A stretch of 64,000 bases of DNA from Octopus bimaculoides (Eukaryota): NCBI RefSeq assembly GCF_001194135.2, contig NC_068987.1:13453925-13517924 (forward strand), written 5' to 3'. Of this stretch, positions 13,303-46,245 are shown one piece after another. The stretch's first letter is position 1; each line of letters begins with the position of its first letter. Made by a program: the position numbers and the translations under genes. The notes below the pieces were generated by a model that was given only the letters and a program-made list of their open reading frames with translations, did not search any database and had not been told where the DNA came from.

Positions 13303-13954
13303 TTAAGGAAGATTTAAACGGTCCTGTCTAGTTTGAGTGGACACCTATGAGGAAATCATTCTACCAGTGGCTTCCATCTTTTAATATCTCTAATGGATCC
13401 TTTGGGTTTTTAAGCCAATAGAGTGATGGATTACATGTAGTGATGCCAACGATGTCACCACTTGTATGAGGGTGAAGTTTGTTTACCATTATCATGTGAT
13501 GCCAAGACACATCCACACACAAGAGCAATTAGCTTCTTTTCAGTTTCTGCCAACCAGATTAATTCACAAGATTTTGGTCAGGTCAGGGCAGGACTACAAT
13601 AGTGTTATTTTAGGGAGCTTTGGCTGCTATTTTTAATATCTCAACCTCACATATAAAAGCTTCTTTTGTTCATCATTATTATTTAGTACCAGGTTAGCTG
13701 TTACTGAGTAGAGCTATGTCAAAAGATATCCTAAACATGACCATCCTGTCATTTTGTATAAAAGGGACTATTTTGGCAATGTGACTGACTGTTTTAAGAT
13801 TGCTGGATGAGTGATTAGAAGGAGATTTGACTGCTATTTTTATAAAGTTTAGCTTCCAAAAAAAAGATTCCATCATTGGTAGATATATACATTTGCATGA
13901 ATGTTGTGCAACCAGAAGGAAGTTGAGACAGAAACCATCTATTTTAAATAGTGC

Positions 13955-14008
<54 letters not shown>

Positions 14009-14367
14009 CACATATGCACGTACATACAAGTATTTACATATACACCCTCTCAACTCACTGATTTTTGAATTATGGGAAACCAAATATTGTCTTTATGCAT
14101 TGTTTCTTTTAAATTGATTTGTTTTATAGATTACATAAGAGATGGTTTTTAAAAAAAAAATTGTTAAATAATGGAACAGACAACAAATTGTTATTTGCAT
14201 GACAAGAACAACAAGAATTACCAAAGCAGCACGGAATTGATTGAAGGCAAAAAAAAAACCCCAAGACAAAAATAATGCATTATACTATGAAACGATGCAA
14301 GCTGAAGTGGTGCAATAGAAGTGAATTGGGAGTTTTGAAAAGAAAACTGCATGCAAGATACAGAGAA

Positions 14368-14398
<31 letters not shown>

Positions 14399-14513
14399 TA
14401 GAGAGAAAGGGAGGAAGAGAAAGACAGAGAGAACGAGTGGGAGAGAGATGCAGCAGACTTCCATGCTAAGAACAAAATTGATTCAGTTGAAATCAGCCAT
14501 AACAATTAGCAAT

Positions 14514-14545
<32 letters not shown>

Positions 14546-16639
14546 CNNNNNNNNNNNNNNNNNNNNNNNNNNNNNNNNNNNNNNNNNNNNNNNNNNNNNN
14601 NNNNNNNNNNNNNNNNNNNNNNNNNNNNNNNNNNNNNNNNNNNNNNNNNNNNNNNNNNNNNNNNNNNNNNNNNNNNNATATATATATATATATATATATA
14701 TTATTTACTCTTATTATATATTCATTAATCATTGAAATTAAACCCCACAGATTAAACATTATTAATGAGATTTATATTTCTATTTACTTGAAAAATTTTT
14801 ATATATATGTATGATGGTGTATATATAGTTTATTAAAAAGAGTGATGAGAAATCAAATTATATATATGCCAAAATGAAGAAAAAATTATATTAAATATTG
14901 AAGTTGAGCACGTCATTAAGGAGGATATAAGTAAATCGAAAGGACAGTGGTTGCTAGTAACTGTATAGTAGTATGGATATTGATAAGATGGATTTTAAGA
15001 AAGAGTGAAAACTATTTTGGGCGATAATTTTATTGCTAGATAGAATATAAGTTTCTTTTTATGTTAATTCCAAATACAAAGATTTAAGATTTTTAAAAAG
15101 TGGACAGATTTAATTTCACTGAAAATCCTAACTTGTGATATATAAGGTAGCACATTTGTATTTTAATGGAATGGCTGGTATTAAGTCATACTGATTAGAT
15201 TCCATCTAATTTCTCAAACACTAATAACTAGAAAATAGAGACTAAAAAAAGAAAATAGTGTTAAAGATACATCTCGACATATAATTTGTTTCTATACTTT
15301 TTTTGGGAACTAAGATGAAATATTTAATTGCATTTTTCTTTCTTTTATTTTTGCACCCCCTTCGCAAAATTTAAAATGGAAAGCAAAGCCTTTAGTCAAG
15401 AGACAAAATGATCGAGCGACCCCCTTAAAAATAATTTTAAAAAAACAAACAAAGAGCACATGCCAAAATAATACATACAAAGCAAGTTTATAAGAAAATA
15501 AAATGATAATATAGAATACAAAATGAAGTGGGGGGGAGCAAGTAAATTGCATGATCACACTGAAATGACAAAATCAGGGCAAAGAGACAGAAAAGATAAA
15601 TAAGCAGATTGAGACATACATATATATATATATATATATATANNNNNNNNNNNNNNNNNNNNNNNNNNNNNNNNNNNNNNNNNNNNNNNNNNNNNNNNNN
15701 NNNNNNNNNNNNNNNNNNNNNNNNNNNNNNNNNNNNNNNNNNNNNNNNNNNNNNNNNNNNNNNNNNNNNNNNNNNNNNNNNNNNNNNNNNNNNNNNNNNN
15801 NNNNNNNNNNNNNNNNNNNNNNNNNNNNNNNNNNNNNNNNNNNNNNNNNNNNNNNNNNNNNNNNNNNNNNNNNNNNNNNNNNNNNNNNNNNNNNNNNNNN
15901 NNNNNNNNNNNNNNNNNNNNNNNNNNNNNNNNNNNNNNNNNNNNNNNNNNNNNNNNNNNNNNNNNNNNNNNNNNNNNNNNNNNNNNNNNNNNNNNNNNNN
16001 NNNNNNNNNNNNNNNNNNNNNNNNNNNNNNNNNNNNNNNNNNNNNNNNNNNNNNNNNNNNNNNNNNNNNNNNNNNNNNNNNNNNNNNNNNNNNNNNNNNN
16101 AATGAAATAAAAAGCCGCAAACCATTTCCACTAAACAGGAAGGAACCTTTTGAAATCATGCTTTTAAATAGAAAAGCTAAGCACACAAGACAAAACAAAA
16201 ATACATAATACATTTCAAATTTTTCAGGCAATAATCTTGTACAGAGAAATTTTAAAGTTAAAAAAAAAATAAAGATCAAAAGACCAATAAGACGGTATGA
16301 AACATTCAGATTTTTTTTTTTTTGATTTTTTCAAAATGTTAGATTTTGGAAAATATTTTTTTTCTTTCGAAAGCCTATATTTTGAAGATGTCGTTCTGGA
16401 CCTATGTTAATTCTCCTCTACGTATAAAGCATACTCATGCATGATGAAAACATGCCATTTTGCTAATTATTTCCATACATGATTGAATCTCAAAATATTA
16501 ACAGGGTCATTCAGCAACAAGTCAATATAAAATTTGAAAAGATCACAAAAAAAAAAGAAAAGAACTACAATTGAGTAATTCTATATTGTATAATAATAAT
16601 GGTAATCTCTGAAGTCCAAGAAAAATGGCATTGCAATTT

Positions 16640-16900
16640 CTTGCTGAACAACCTGCACAGATGATTTGGTGATAGTGATGATCAAATGCTTGTGCTGCAC
16701 ATTCGCTCACTCTCTCCATCAAATCAACAATTATCTGTGAGGTGCACTGTGTGCCATATATCAAATGTCACGGTGATTGCAGAGCAATGAGAGATTAAGT
16801 GCTTTTCTCATAAAACACTACACACTGCCTGACCTGAGAATTGAACCTACAATCTTACAATCATGAGTGCAACACCCTAACTGCTTGGCCATGTGCCTTC
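16640..16900 (-). mobile_element. SINE, family F-related (alternative tail shared with 9280-9495 and 45560-45850)
   Basis: tRNA-like head and core shared with family F; different 3' part. Confidence 0.8.
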
Positions 16901-16984
16901 TATTGGTTAATTATCCAATACTAGGTGATCGACATTATTTTGCAAGGTAATTAACAACAGCAGATAGGTTGTAATGAAATTCAT

Positions 16985-17300
16985 GTTCAGATGGTTAGAG
17001 CATCGGGCTCACTATCATGAGGTAATGGGATCAATTCCCAGACCAGGCTGTGTGTTGTTGTGTTCTTGAGCAAGACACTTTATTTCACATTGCTCCAGTT
17101 CACTCAATGAATTGTAATGTCACTGGTGCCAAGTTTTACCTTTCTCTTGGAAAACATTAATGGCACAGAGAGGGGTGGCTGGTGTGCATGTGTGATTGCT
17201 GGTCTTCCATAAACAACCTTGTCCAGACCTGTACCCCAGAGGGAAACTTTCTAGGTTCAGTCCTATGGTCGTTCATGACCGAAGGGGCTCTTTAGCTTTA
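16985..17300 (+). mobile_element. SINE family F
   Basis: Same family as 8350-8680, in the opposite orientation. Confidence 0.85.
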
Positions 17301-18449
17301 CCTATATATATATAATTTTATTTTCATCCAAACATAAGCTACATGGTTCAGTACATTGGTATATTTATCTGAACCATTGAAGTGCTTCTCTCAATTCCAT
17401 TTTTTTTTTGTGGTGGAGTGGCGTATCTACAATTTGAACTCACAGTTGTTATACATATATGCCTAGCAACTGTCCCACTGCATCGCTACTTCCTGTCACC
17501 ACATGAATATGAATTGGATTTAAAACTACATTTATAAAATAAAAATAAATTAAATTAGAATAAAAATGTAACAGATATTCTTAGTCAGCAGTACCTAGTT
17601 GAACACAATTGTCACAGTAAGATGTGAACTGGTTCATTCAGTTTCAAGTTGGATAAGTCAAGCTTTTCATTATAAATGACATTCATTTCCAAACAACCTG
17701 TGAAACACCAGGGCTCTCTAATACCCTATTCTTTTTTCTCTTCTTATTCACCTTGCTGTGGGGTAAATGATAACCCCTGTACAGTTTCTGGGAAAAATAT
17801 TGCACTTAACTGTTTTTAACTCCAAGTTAGACCTATGACAAAACAGATTATCATCAAAGGAATTCCAGCAGTATCTCATCTCATTTTCAGGTCCTTCCTG
17901 AGGAGATTCTGGCTGCTATTTCCAGCAGACCAAGTAACCACAAAGAGGCTATAGCTGAATGTAGTAATTTCTTTCAACTAAAATGCAACTTTATCAAACT
18001 GGAAAATTAGCTAAGATTAAACCTACTGGGAAAGTAAGGAGACATCAATGATGTTTGTGAGATAACTTGACAGCTGTATGGTGACTATACTAGTTAAGGC
18101 ACATTGATGAGCGCTGAAAGTTGAATGACTACATTCCAAAAAGATTGAATTCATTATGGAAATAACTAGATCTTTCAGGAAGAATACTAGCTTTGCATTG
18201 TGTTTATTATTTGTTAATGCATTTTAATTTCAATGATGCCAGCAGAGAAGGAAATTAAAGGAAAAGCCTAATTTTGTTTCCTTCTTAATCATTATCATTA
18301 ACTGTTATGACAGTTAATTAATTAATTGCAGTGGCAAGCTGATAATGATAGCGAGTACCTGAGCCTTACTCTGGTAACGGTGGTGTCAAATAAGGAAACT
18401 GAATGTCATACCTGTGACCAATACACATGCAATTTTTCAGCAAACCTAC

Positions 18450-38590
<20,141 letters not shown>

Positions 38591-39496
38591 CTGGAAGAAG
38601 GAAAAATGCATTATATTGAAGACATCGAGAGAAAGAAAAGAAAAGAAAAGAAGAAAGGAAAAACGGAAAAAGAATCAAAAATTAATTTTTAGTTCAGCTA
38701 ATTATTTTCTCGTTTTTTTTTTGTTTGTTTCCTTTTCTTTTTCTTTTCAACATGAACATTACAAAGCAGTTTTCTTAGAGACAATATTGAGAATGGAGTG
38801 AAGAATAACACAGTAGCAGTACTGAGTTGAATCTTTGCTTTTCAATCCCATTCTAGTGATATTAGTGATTATTTAGGAATGAGAGAGAGAGAGAAAAAGA
38901 GAGGAAAGAGATGGAAAAAAAGGTAAAAAATGAAGTAATAACATTAGAGACAGATAAAATAAGTAGATGCAGGATATAAGAGTTGGATGTCACATGTGAA
39001 GAATGAAGTTGTTATCAATATAAAATTTAAGTTTGCAGAGGAAAATGAAAAGAGGTTGAAAGATAATTTGAACATGAAACTGAAACTTCGAATTTAGAAA
39101 TTTAAAGAAAAAAAAAACAGAAAAAAAAACTTTATATCATTCAAATTATGCTAAGTAAATAGGAAATTAATATGTAGGTACACTGGATGAAATGATAAAT
39201 TATTCAGGGAGATATTAACAATAAACTACAAATCAGAATATTTTCTTCTTTTTGATCAAAAATAGTTATTCTTTTTGTTTTTTGTTACCCAAACTATGTT
39301 CATAAAAGTTGGATATATAAAATAAATACTACAGCATTTATACATTTCCAAACAAAGCAAACACACATATATATATATATACATACATACACACACATAT
39401 ATATATACACATACATATATAAACACAATTACATACATACACACTCACAAATATATACACATACATACATATACAAATACATATATACCTCGACAA

Positions 39497-39531
<35 letters not shown>

Positions 39532-40876
39532 CATACATATAAAAGAGAATTTCCTCCCATTTTGAAATATCCTAGAAGCTATTGGCATATTGTCTTGCAC
39601 ACATATCCTACACAAACTAAAGTGAATTTGACATTAGAAGCCTATACATAATTGATAGCCATAAAACAGTGCCACACAGCAGCCTGCATACTACTGTCTC
39701 CACAAGAGAAAGTATAAGAAGAGAGCTGACAGTATCCAGTTTCAATAGACTGTAAAAATTCTGATATATTGGAATCAATGCTGTATTGAAACAAGTCAAC
39801 GCTTCATGAGGCCAAGCATACGAAGAATTAAATGCAGCTTATTGTTCAAATTTTTTTCCCGTTTTTTTTTCTCTCTGCCTAAGATAAATATGAGCAACTC
39901 AACAATATATCTTTATCCCCTAAGAGGGAACGCAGAAAAATACATATACGTTTGATTTTAAATTGATTTTACAACTACATTGTTATTGAAATTTGATCAC
40001 AGTTATTTTCTAAACAGTAAGATGAAAGAAGAACTATTTCAACCGAATCACAACCACACAAATACACAAAAAGGAAACTGGACACGGAAAACTTATAACA
40101 ATAACAAAACTAGCCATAAAGAAAATAAGACATTAATAATCTCAAATATTTCCAATATTAAAGGAATTATATACTAAGGTTCCCTACACTGAAAAGGGAA
40201 AAAAAAGGCAGTTGATTTTTTAAAAACTGATTCTATTGAAGAAACAAACAACTTGTTTGTGCTATGGATTCCTAAACATACTCCCAGCAGAATTACCTGC
40301 TGATGACAAATCAATAGCTAATAAAGCAACATGTAATTAGGTGATGATACACTGAAAAATTTGATGGTGGTGGTGGTGAAGGTAGGGAGGAAGGATCTAC
40401 ACAGGAGTAATTGCAACATCAGCTTGTTGATTTTTGATTTTCTTTTCTTTCATCTTATTTTTTTCTTTCGATATTTTAGAAATTTGAAAATAAAATAAAA
40501 TGAAATAAACTAAATAAAAGACAAACAACTACATTAAAAATAATTTCTAGATTCCTGCTTCTTAAGATGTGCATGTGTTCCACAAGAAAATGGAACAAGA
40601 TGCAGTGCCAAAAGGAGAGAGAGAGACACAGAGAGAGAGAGAGAGAGAGAGATAACTGTGGGGGGAGGTGGAATACAGGTATTATCTATTCAGACTACAA
40701 CTTCTCTGATATATGCCAAAATTAGTAGCTACCAAAAAGCTGATGTCTTGAAATCAATGTCAGATTTTACAAGCACGCACAACAAGGAAGGTGTTGTTTC
40801 AGCTCGAAGCACTGATGCAGATATTACAGGAAGTCATTTTTCTTCCTTTGATTTCACTGAAAGGATGACGGTTTCA

Positions 40877-40936
<60 letters not shown>

Positions 40937-41784
40937 ATATATGTGCACATACATACTATGTTGAAAACAACAAAAATGAAACTAGTAATGATTTTTGAAC
41001 ACATCACTATCTCGGCATACATGAAAAGGAGCGAGTGTGCATCTATCTACCTAATGCAGTAGTAAAAAAAAAAAAATTGATTTGATAATTTATTATTGCA
41101 ACAGGTTCTGTTTTAGAAATATTTAATCAACTACAAGAGCTAGAGACAAAAAGAAAAAAAAAATCTCTACAAAAACTAATTCTGTATCATATAATAATGA
41201 CAAAAAAAAAAAAAAATTGCTCAAGAGAATTATTCCTCATAAAAATTCTCACATATAATATAGAATTTAACACTCCCTAATAGCCACCCTTAAAACTTAA
41301 CCATAAAACTGTCAGCTAAGTTAAACCTGCATCTATTAAGTACAGTAAAATCTATTTAATAGTCTAATGTAAAGAAGAGCTCATTAGTAGTATTAAGAAA
41401 GTCAATACTCGCTCATCTGATAGCCTGATTCAAACAAAGTAGAATCTCGCATAATACTGAAAAGAACACAACCACAAAAACAAACAGTAAAGATATACAT
41501 CTTCCATTATAAGAACAGTAAGAAAAAAAAACTGATATTAACAATTTTGTCCCTGCGTTAAAAGCTCTGCCAGCAAGTAATACTCCTTCATTGCATATCT
41601 GTATGATCATACAGCATTCACATACATATTGTTTTCATTACTTGCTGGGGCTGGAGGAAGGGACAGAGCTCATGACTCTAGCAGACCCTTCAAGACTGGT
41701 GAAGTTGATGCCATTAATGTTTTGCTTAAACCAATAACAGCCAATTTGTGGCCGGCAGCCACAGGGCTTTCTGAATGGCAAGCC

Positions 41785-42130
41785 TGATCTTTTATCTTTC
41801 GCTTGTTTCAGTCATTAGACTGCGGCCAAGCTGGGGCACCACTTAGAATTTTTAGTCGAATGAATCAACTCCAGTACTTATTCTGTCGGTCTCTTTTGCT
41901 GAACTGTTACATCACAGGGACGCAAACACACCAACACTGGTTATCAAACAGTGGTGGGAGACAGACACAGACATACACATATATGACATGCTTCTTTCAG
42001 TTTCCGCCTACCATATCCATTCACAAGGCTTTGGCTGTAGTAGAAGACACTTTCCCAAGGTACCATACAGTGAGACTGAACCTGGAAACATGTGGTTGGA
42101 AAGCAAACTTCTTATCACACAGTCACGCTT
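41785..42130 (-). mobile_element. SINE family A (gene-sense copy)
   Basis: Reverse complement of the family A consensus. Confidence 0.85.
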
Positions 42131-44224
42131 GATGAAAAATTACCTAGGATTGTTTTAGTAGTGCATCCCACCTGATGATAAGTCCTGTCTCATATGGTTT
42201 ACTTCTCGGAAAAGGTTGTCATTGCCTAGTTTAAACTGTTAAATGCTTGCAGGAAAGGCATGAGCGGAGAAGAAATTCTAGAGAGCCATTGCTCTGGAGA
42301 AGAAGAATTGAGCAAAGAAGACAGGGTGGGGAATGGGGTAGGACACTATGAAGATGATGAGAGGTGGAGAGATAAGTGGGTTAGAGGTAGCTGAGTGGTG
42401 GATGTAAAAGATTAGCTAGAGTCCTCACAGTCACTGGAAATGCTTAGACCTCATTATCACCAAGGAACTCTCCTAGCAGAAGCACATATGCGTTTTTATA
42501 TAAGAGGTATGTGAATGGCACAGCAGCATTTGAAATATACTAGGGACCATAAATAATGAATACCCAGTGTTCCATGTACTTTAAAACTGAGTACGAAAAG
42601 ATTTTAACAAAGGAAAATATCTACTGCATTACTATGAAGAATTAAAATTTAGAAGACTTTTTCAGTATAATATCATTAATGGAAAATAACAAAACAAAAA
42701 AAAAAGAATGTTAATGAGTGCCAAAAGACAGTTGAGAGTCAGTAATTAGATCTAGTTTTCTTGAGTGGAACTGATTGAGAGACAAATAAATGCTCCTCCG
42801 GATAGAATGTCACCAATAATATTTTAAAATAATCTGGTAACTTATATATTCTTGACAGCTGAGGTGAACACAAGTAACATACAATGAAATGCTGTATCTT
42901 GAAATTCAACAAAATAGTAGTAGCAGCAGATTTGAACTCAAAACACTTCCACTTTTAATGTAAGGAGAAAAACTGTCCCCTCCCTCCAACACACACACCA
43001 AATATTTCCAACTGTATTCTTTTATTTTCTTTACATTCAGTTTGTGGTACTCATTATGTATCATAATACAATGGAACTTTGGAACAAGTCAGGACTACTT
43101 TTTTACCAATTCTTGGAAATCCTAATTAATTTACATTTTAACACCAAAAATATAAAGAATAAAAAAAACGACTTTAGTATATATACAATATATACTTGTG
43201 TAATACCCATCAAAATAGATGGTGTTTATTTCTGCTCCCTTCCAGTAATTCTTAATTTCTTCACAAGTCTTACATTTTCTTCTTGTGTTTCATTTTGTCT
43301 TCTTTCAGTTATTTTTTTACTTCCACACATTCTCCTCCAATACTCTTGCACATTCACATACTTCATTATTTCTGCTCTTCCTCCCTCTCTATCTCTCCCT
43401 AGACATATATTCCCCTCAATCTTTTTCTCTCAATAAAAATCTGCCCGCCTCTCTATCATTCTCATCTTACTTTACTAATTTCACCTCTCCAATGTATCTT
43501 TCTTTTTTTCACCTCTACTCTCTTACAATATCTCTGTCTCCCACTCTTTTCTTCCATTCCTCTCTATAAGTTACTGTCTGCTCACATCATTGCCCGTCAC
43601 ACAAGCAACTGCTGTCTACTGAGTTTTTACCAACCTCTTTCTCTCTCAACCTACTCTATCTTTCTATCTAATCTAACTCTCTTCATTATACTATCATTCT
43701 TTCTTTCACCTCTTTCAGTACATCCACTGCCTTTCCCTTTCTAGCATGACAGAAAAAAAGAACACAAAACAAAAACTGACATGTGACTTGATATTTTATA
43801 TATATATATATATGCTTATTTTCTAATGAATGTCTTCTATAAAATGAAGATGAAATAACTTATAGTAAAATGCCAAATGACAATACTGCCCAAGTTTATC
43901 CACAAACTGTTGCTACTGTGCCATCCATACAGATTATCTTTCAAATACCCTAAACTATTCTCTATTATTGCAATTTTCAGACTAAGCCTTTTACAATACA
44001 AGAAAAATAAGACCTGAGTATGTAAAAAAACAAAAAATTCTACCTTAGCCAAATAAATTTTTATTAGGAGAAATATATAATAAAGGCCTGATGACAATAA
44101 AGACAGTCATAATGATTATCAGAACTAAGTAAAAATGAATTTTACCTCTAATATTACATGTCCTTTTCCATTCATAAAGTTAACTTTTATATAAGAGAGG
44201 AGGGTAAGAAATGTATAAAGAAAT

Positions 44225-44266
<42 letters not shown>

Positions 44267-44719
44267 CATACAGAGGAGATAGGTAGGAGAAAATCACATG
44301 ACAGAGAGGTGGGGGAGAAAACAAAAATCTTACTTTCTGAACTTTAATTAGCTGAAATGACTGCAGGGTTATAGAACATAAAGTGCAAAAGAAAAGAGCA
44401 GATGGAAATGCGGTTCTATGTTGCAATAATTAAAGGAAATGGATAAGCTAAATGGAAGAAAGAAATTATAGATACAATAAAAGGAAAGAGAAAAAAATAT
44501 TTGGTTATGTATTCGTTTTATTTTTTAATGGGAAAGAAACAAGTAGTAGCCTACATGGCAATATAAATAATTGATGTGTACAAATAAGGAAAAAAGGATT
44601 TCTTATACAACACTAAAAATGAACATTCTATAAGAATTAAAAAAAAAGGTAATATTCAGATTGTTTTTCATTTAATACAATCATTGAAAATGAATACAAA
44701 GAGCAATAACTACTACCAT

Positions 44720-45100
44720 TATCATCATCATCATCATCATCAATATAACTATTACATACTATATTAGCAGGAATGTTGTCTTGAGGTTTGGTGACAAGTC
44801 TCCTCAAATGTCGAGAATCTTTCTTAGGACTCCTGCAGGATACGAGATTGCATTTTTCTGCAGGATGACAATGCATGTCTCAACTGCAATGTCCTTCAAT
44901 CCCTTAGGTAACAGTTTGGATGTTGTGCCAAGTGCAACAATTACCACAGGAATAATTGCCATCTTAGTCTTCTACAGTCTCTTCATCTTTATGCCTAGGT
45001 TCTGATATTTCTCAATTTTTTTGATATCCACTGATATATGATATTGCAAAATCTATGATCTTACACTGTTTCTTTAGTAATAACAACACAGGCCCAACTA
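44720..45100 (-). mobile_element. 3' remnant of an R4/Dong-like non-LTR retrotransposon (restriction-like endonuclease domain, 3'UTR and (GAT)n tail)
   Basis: Degenerate translation KKQCKIIDFAISY(fs)DIKKIEKYQNLGIKMKRL*KTKMAIIPVVIVALGTTSKLLPKGLKDIAVETCIVILQKNAISYPAGVLRKILDI* (stop 44804-44806) matches the IID.A.P / K.EKY..L / IPVV.GALG / LQK / ILRK.L pattern of RLE C-termini. Confidence 0.8.
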
Positions 45101-45139
45101 CACTCTTCCTATTTGGCGGGAAAGCTATGGGTGATTAAA

Positions 45140-46245
45140 TCAACAGCAGCACCGCATAAATAATTCTCATTTTGTCAACTTCTGAAAGGATGAAAGACAA
45201 AACATAAGACAGGATTTCAACCCAGTAACAGACCAGAACTAAATCTGCATGATATGAAGTTTCACTGAAGTTCTTTAACTCTACACTAATTCTGTTTGCC
45301 ATCCATAATAATAATAATAATAATGGTTTTAAATTTTGCCACAAGGACAACAATTTTGGGGGAGGGGATGAGTCAATTATATCGACCCCAGTGTTCAACT
45401 TGCACTTATTTTATCGACCCCGAAAGGATGAAATGTAAAGTCGACCTCAGCAGAATTTGAACACAGCACATAGTGATGAGTGAAATACCGCTAAGTATTT
45501 TGTCCAGTGCACTAACAATTCTGCCAGCTCACCGCATAACGACGACGATGGTGATGGACTCTCCTGTCAAAGATGACATATGAGTGTCCAGCTTTTGCCC
45601 AATGGCCTGCACAAATGATTTGTTTATAGTGATCAAATGTTCATGCTGCACATTAGCTCGCTCTCTCTATCAAATTGACGTTGTCTGAACAGGTGCATGG
45701 TGCACCATGCATCAGGTGTCAAAGTGATTGCAGAGCAATGTGAGATGAAGTGTTTTGCTTAAAAACACAATGTCCCACCCAGCCTAGGAATTGAAACCAC
45801 AATCTCACAATTGTGAGTGCATCACCGAAACCACCAGGCCATGCACTCTCACTAATAATAATATTAATAATAATAATAATGATGATGATAATAATCCTTT
45901 CTACTATAAGCACAAGGCCTGAAATTTTGGGGTTAAGTTCACTACATCGACCCCAGTGCTTAAATGGTACTTATTTCATTGACCCCCAAAAGAATGAAAG
46001 GCAAATTCAATCTTGGTGGAATTTGAACCCAGAATGTAAAGAACCAAAAGAAACACCATTTTGTCTGATGCACTGACAATTCTGACAGTTTGTCTCCTTA
46101 AATAATTTTCAAATTTTGGAAGTTGGCCAACAAATGTAGAGAAAGGGTTAATTCATTATATTGAACCCATTACCTGGTTTACTTTATTTTACCGACCCCT
46201 AGAGGGATGAAAGGCAAAGCCGACCTCGATAGGATTTGAACAAGT
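45140..46245 (-). mobile_element. Cluster of four family B SINEs (about 45140-45300, 45325-45535, 45896-46095, about 46165-46245) plus one family F SINE (about 45560-45850)
   Basis: Family B core present four times with TAA/TGA arrays between copies. Confidence 0.8.

Noticed and set aside
13694-14083. 129-aa minus-strand ORF
   Set aside because: Runs through (TA)n, resembles nothing in the liprin tail and has no phase-0 acceptor giving a long frame.
10780-16279. Long ORFs with X runs (also at 37677-38463, 59092-59465, 61066-61324, 62807-63083)
   Set aside because: Artefacts of translating through N gaps.
40658-41062. 134-aa plus-strand ORF
   Set aside because: Spans (TG)n, has no recognisable domain and is antisense to the gene.
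41637-41730. Ser-rich frame QNINGINFTSLEGSARVMSSVPSSSPSK on minus
   Set aside because: Weak acceptor (ggtttaag) and donor (AA|gtaatg); it ends in phase 2, incompatible with exon 38590.
44760-44832. 73-nt minus-strand pseudo-exon (cag|G-SPKKDSRHLRRLVTKPQDNIPANI|gtatgt) that looked like a liprin linker exon and ends in the right phase
   Set aside because: It lies wholly within the R4/Dong-like LINE remnant, whose real frame is different (GVLRKILDI*). No phase-2 upstream donor was identified. At most a TE exonisation candidate.
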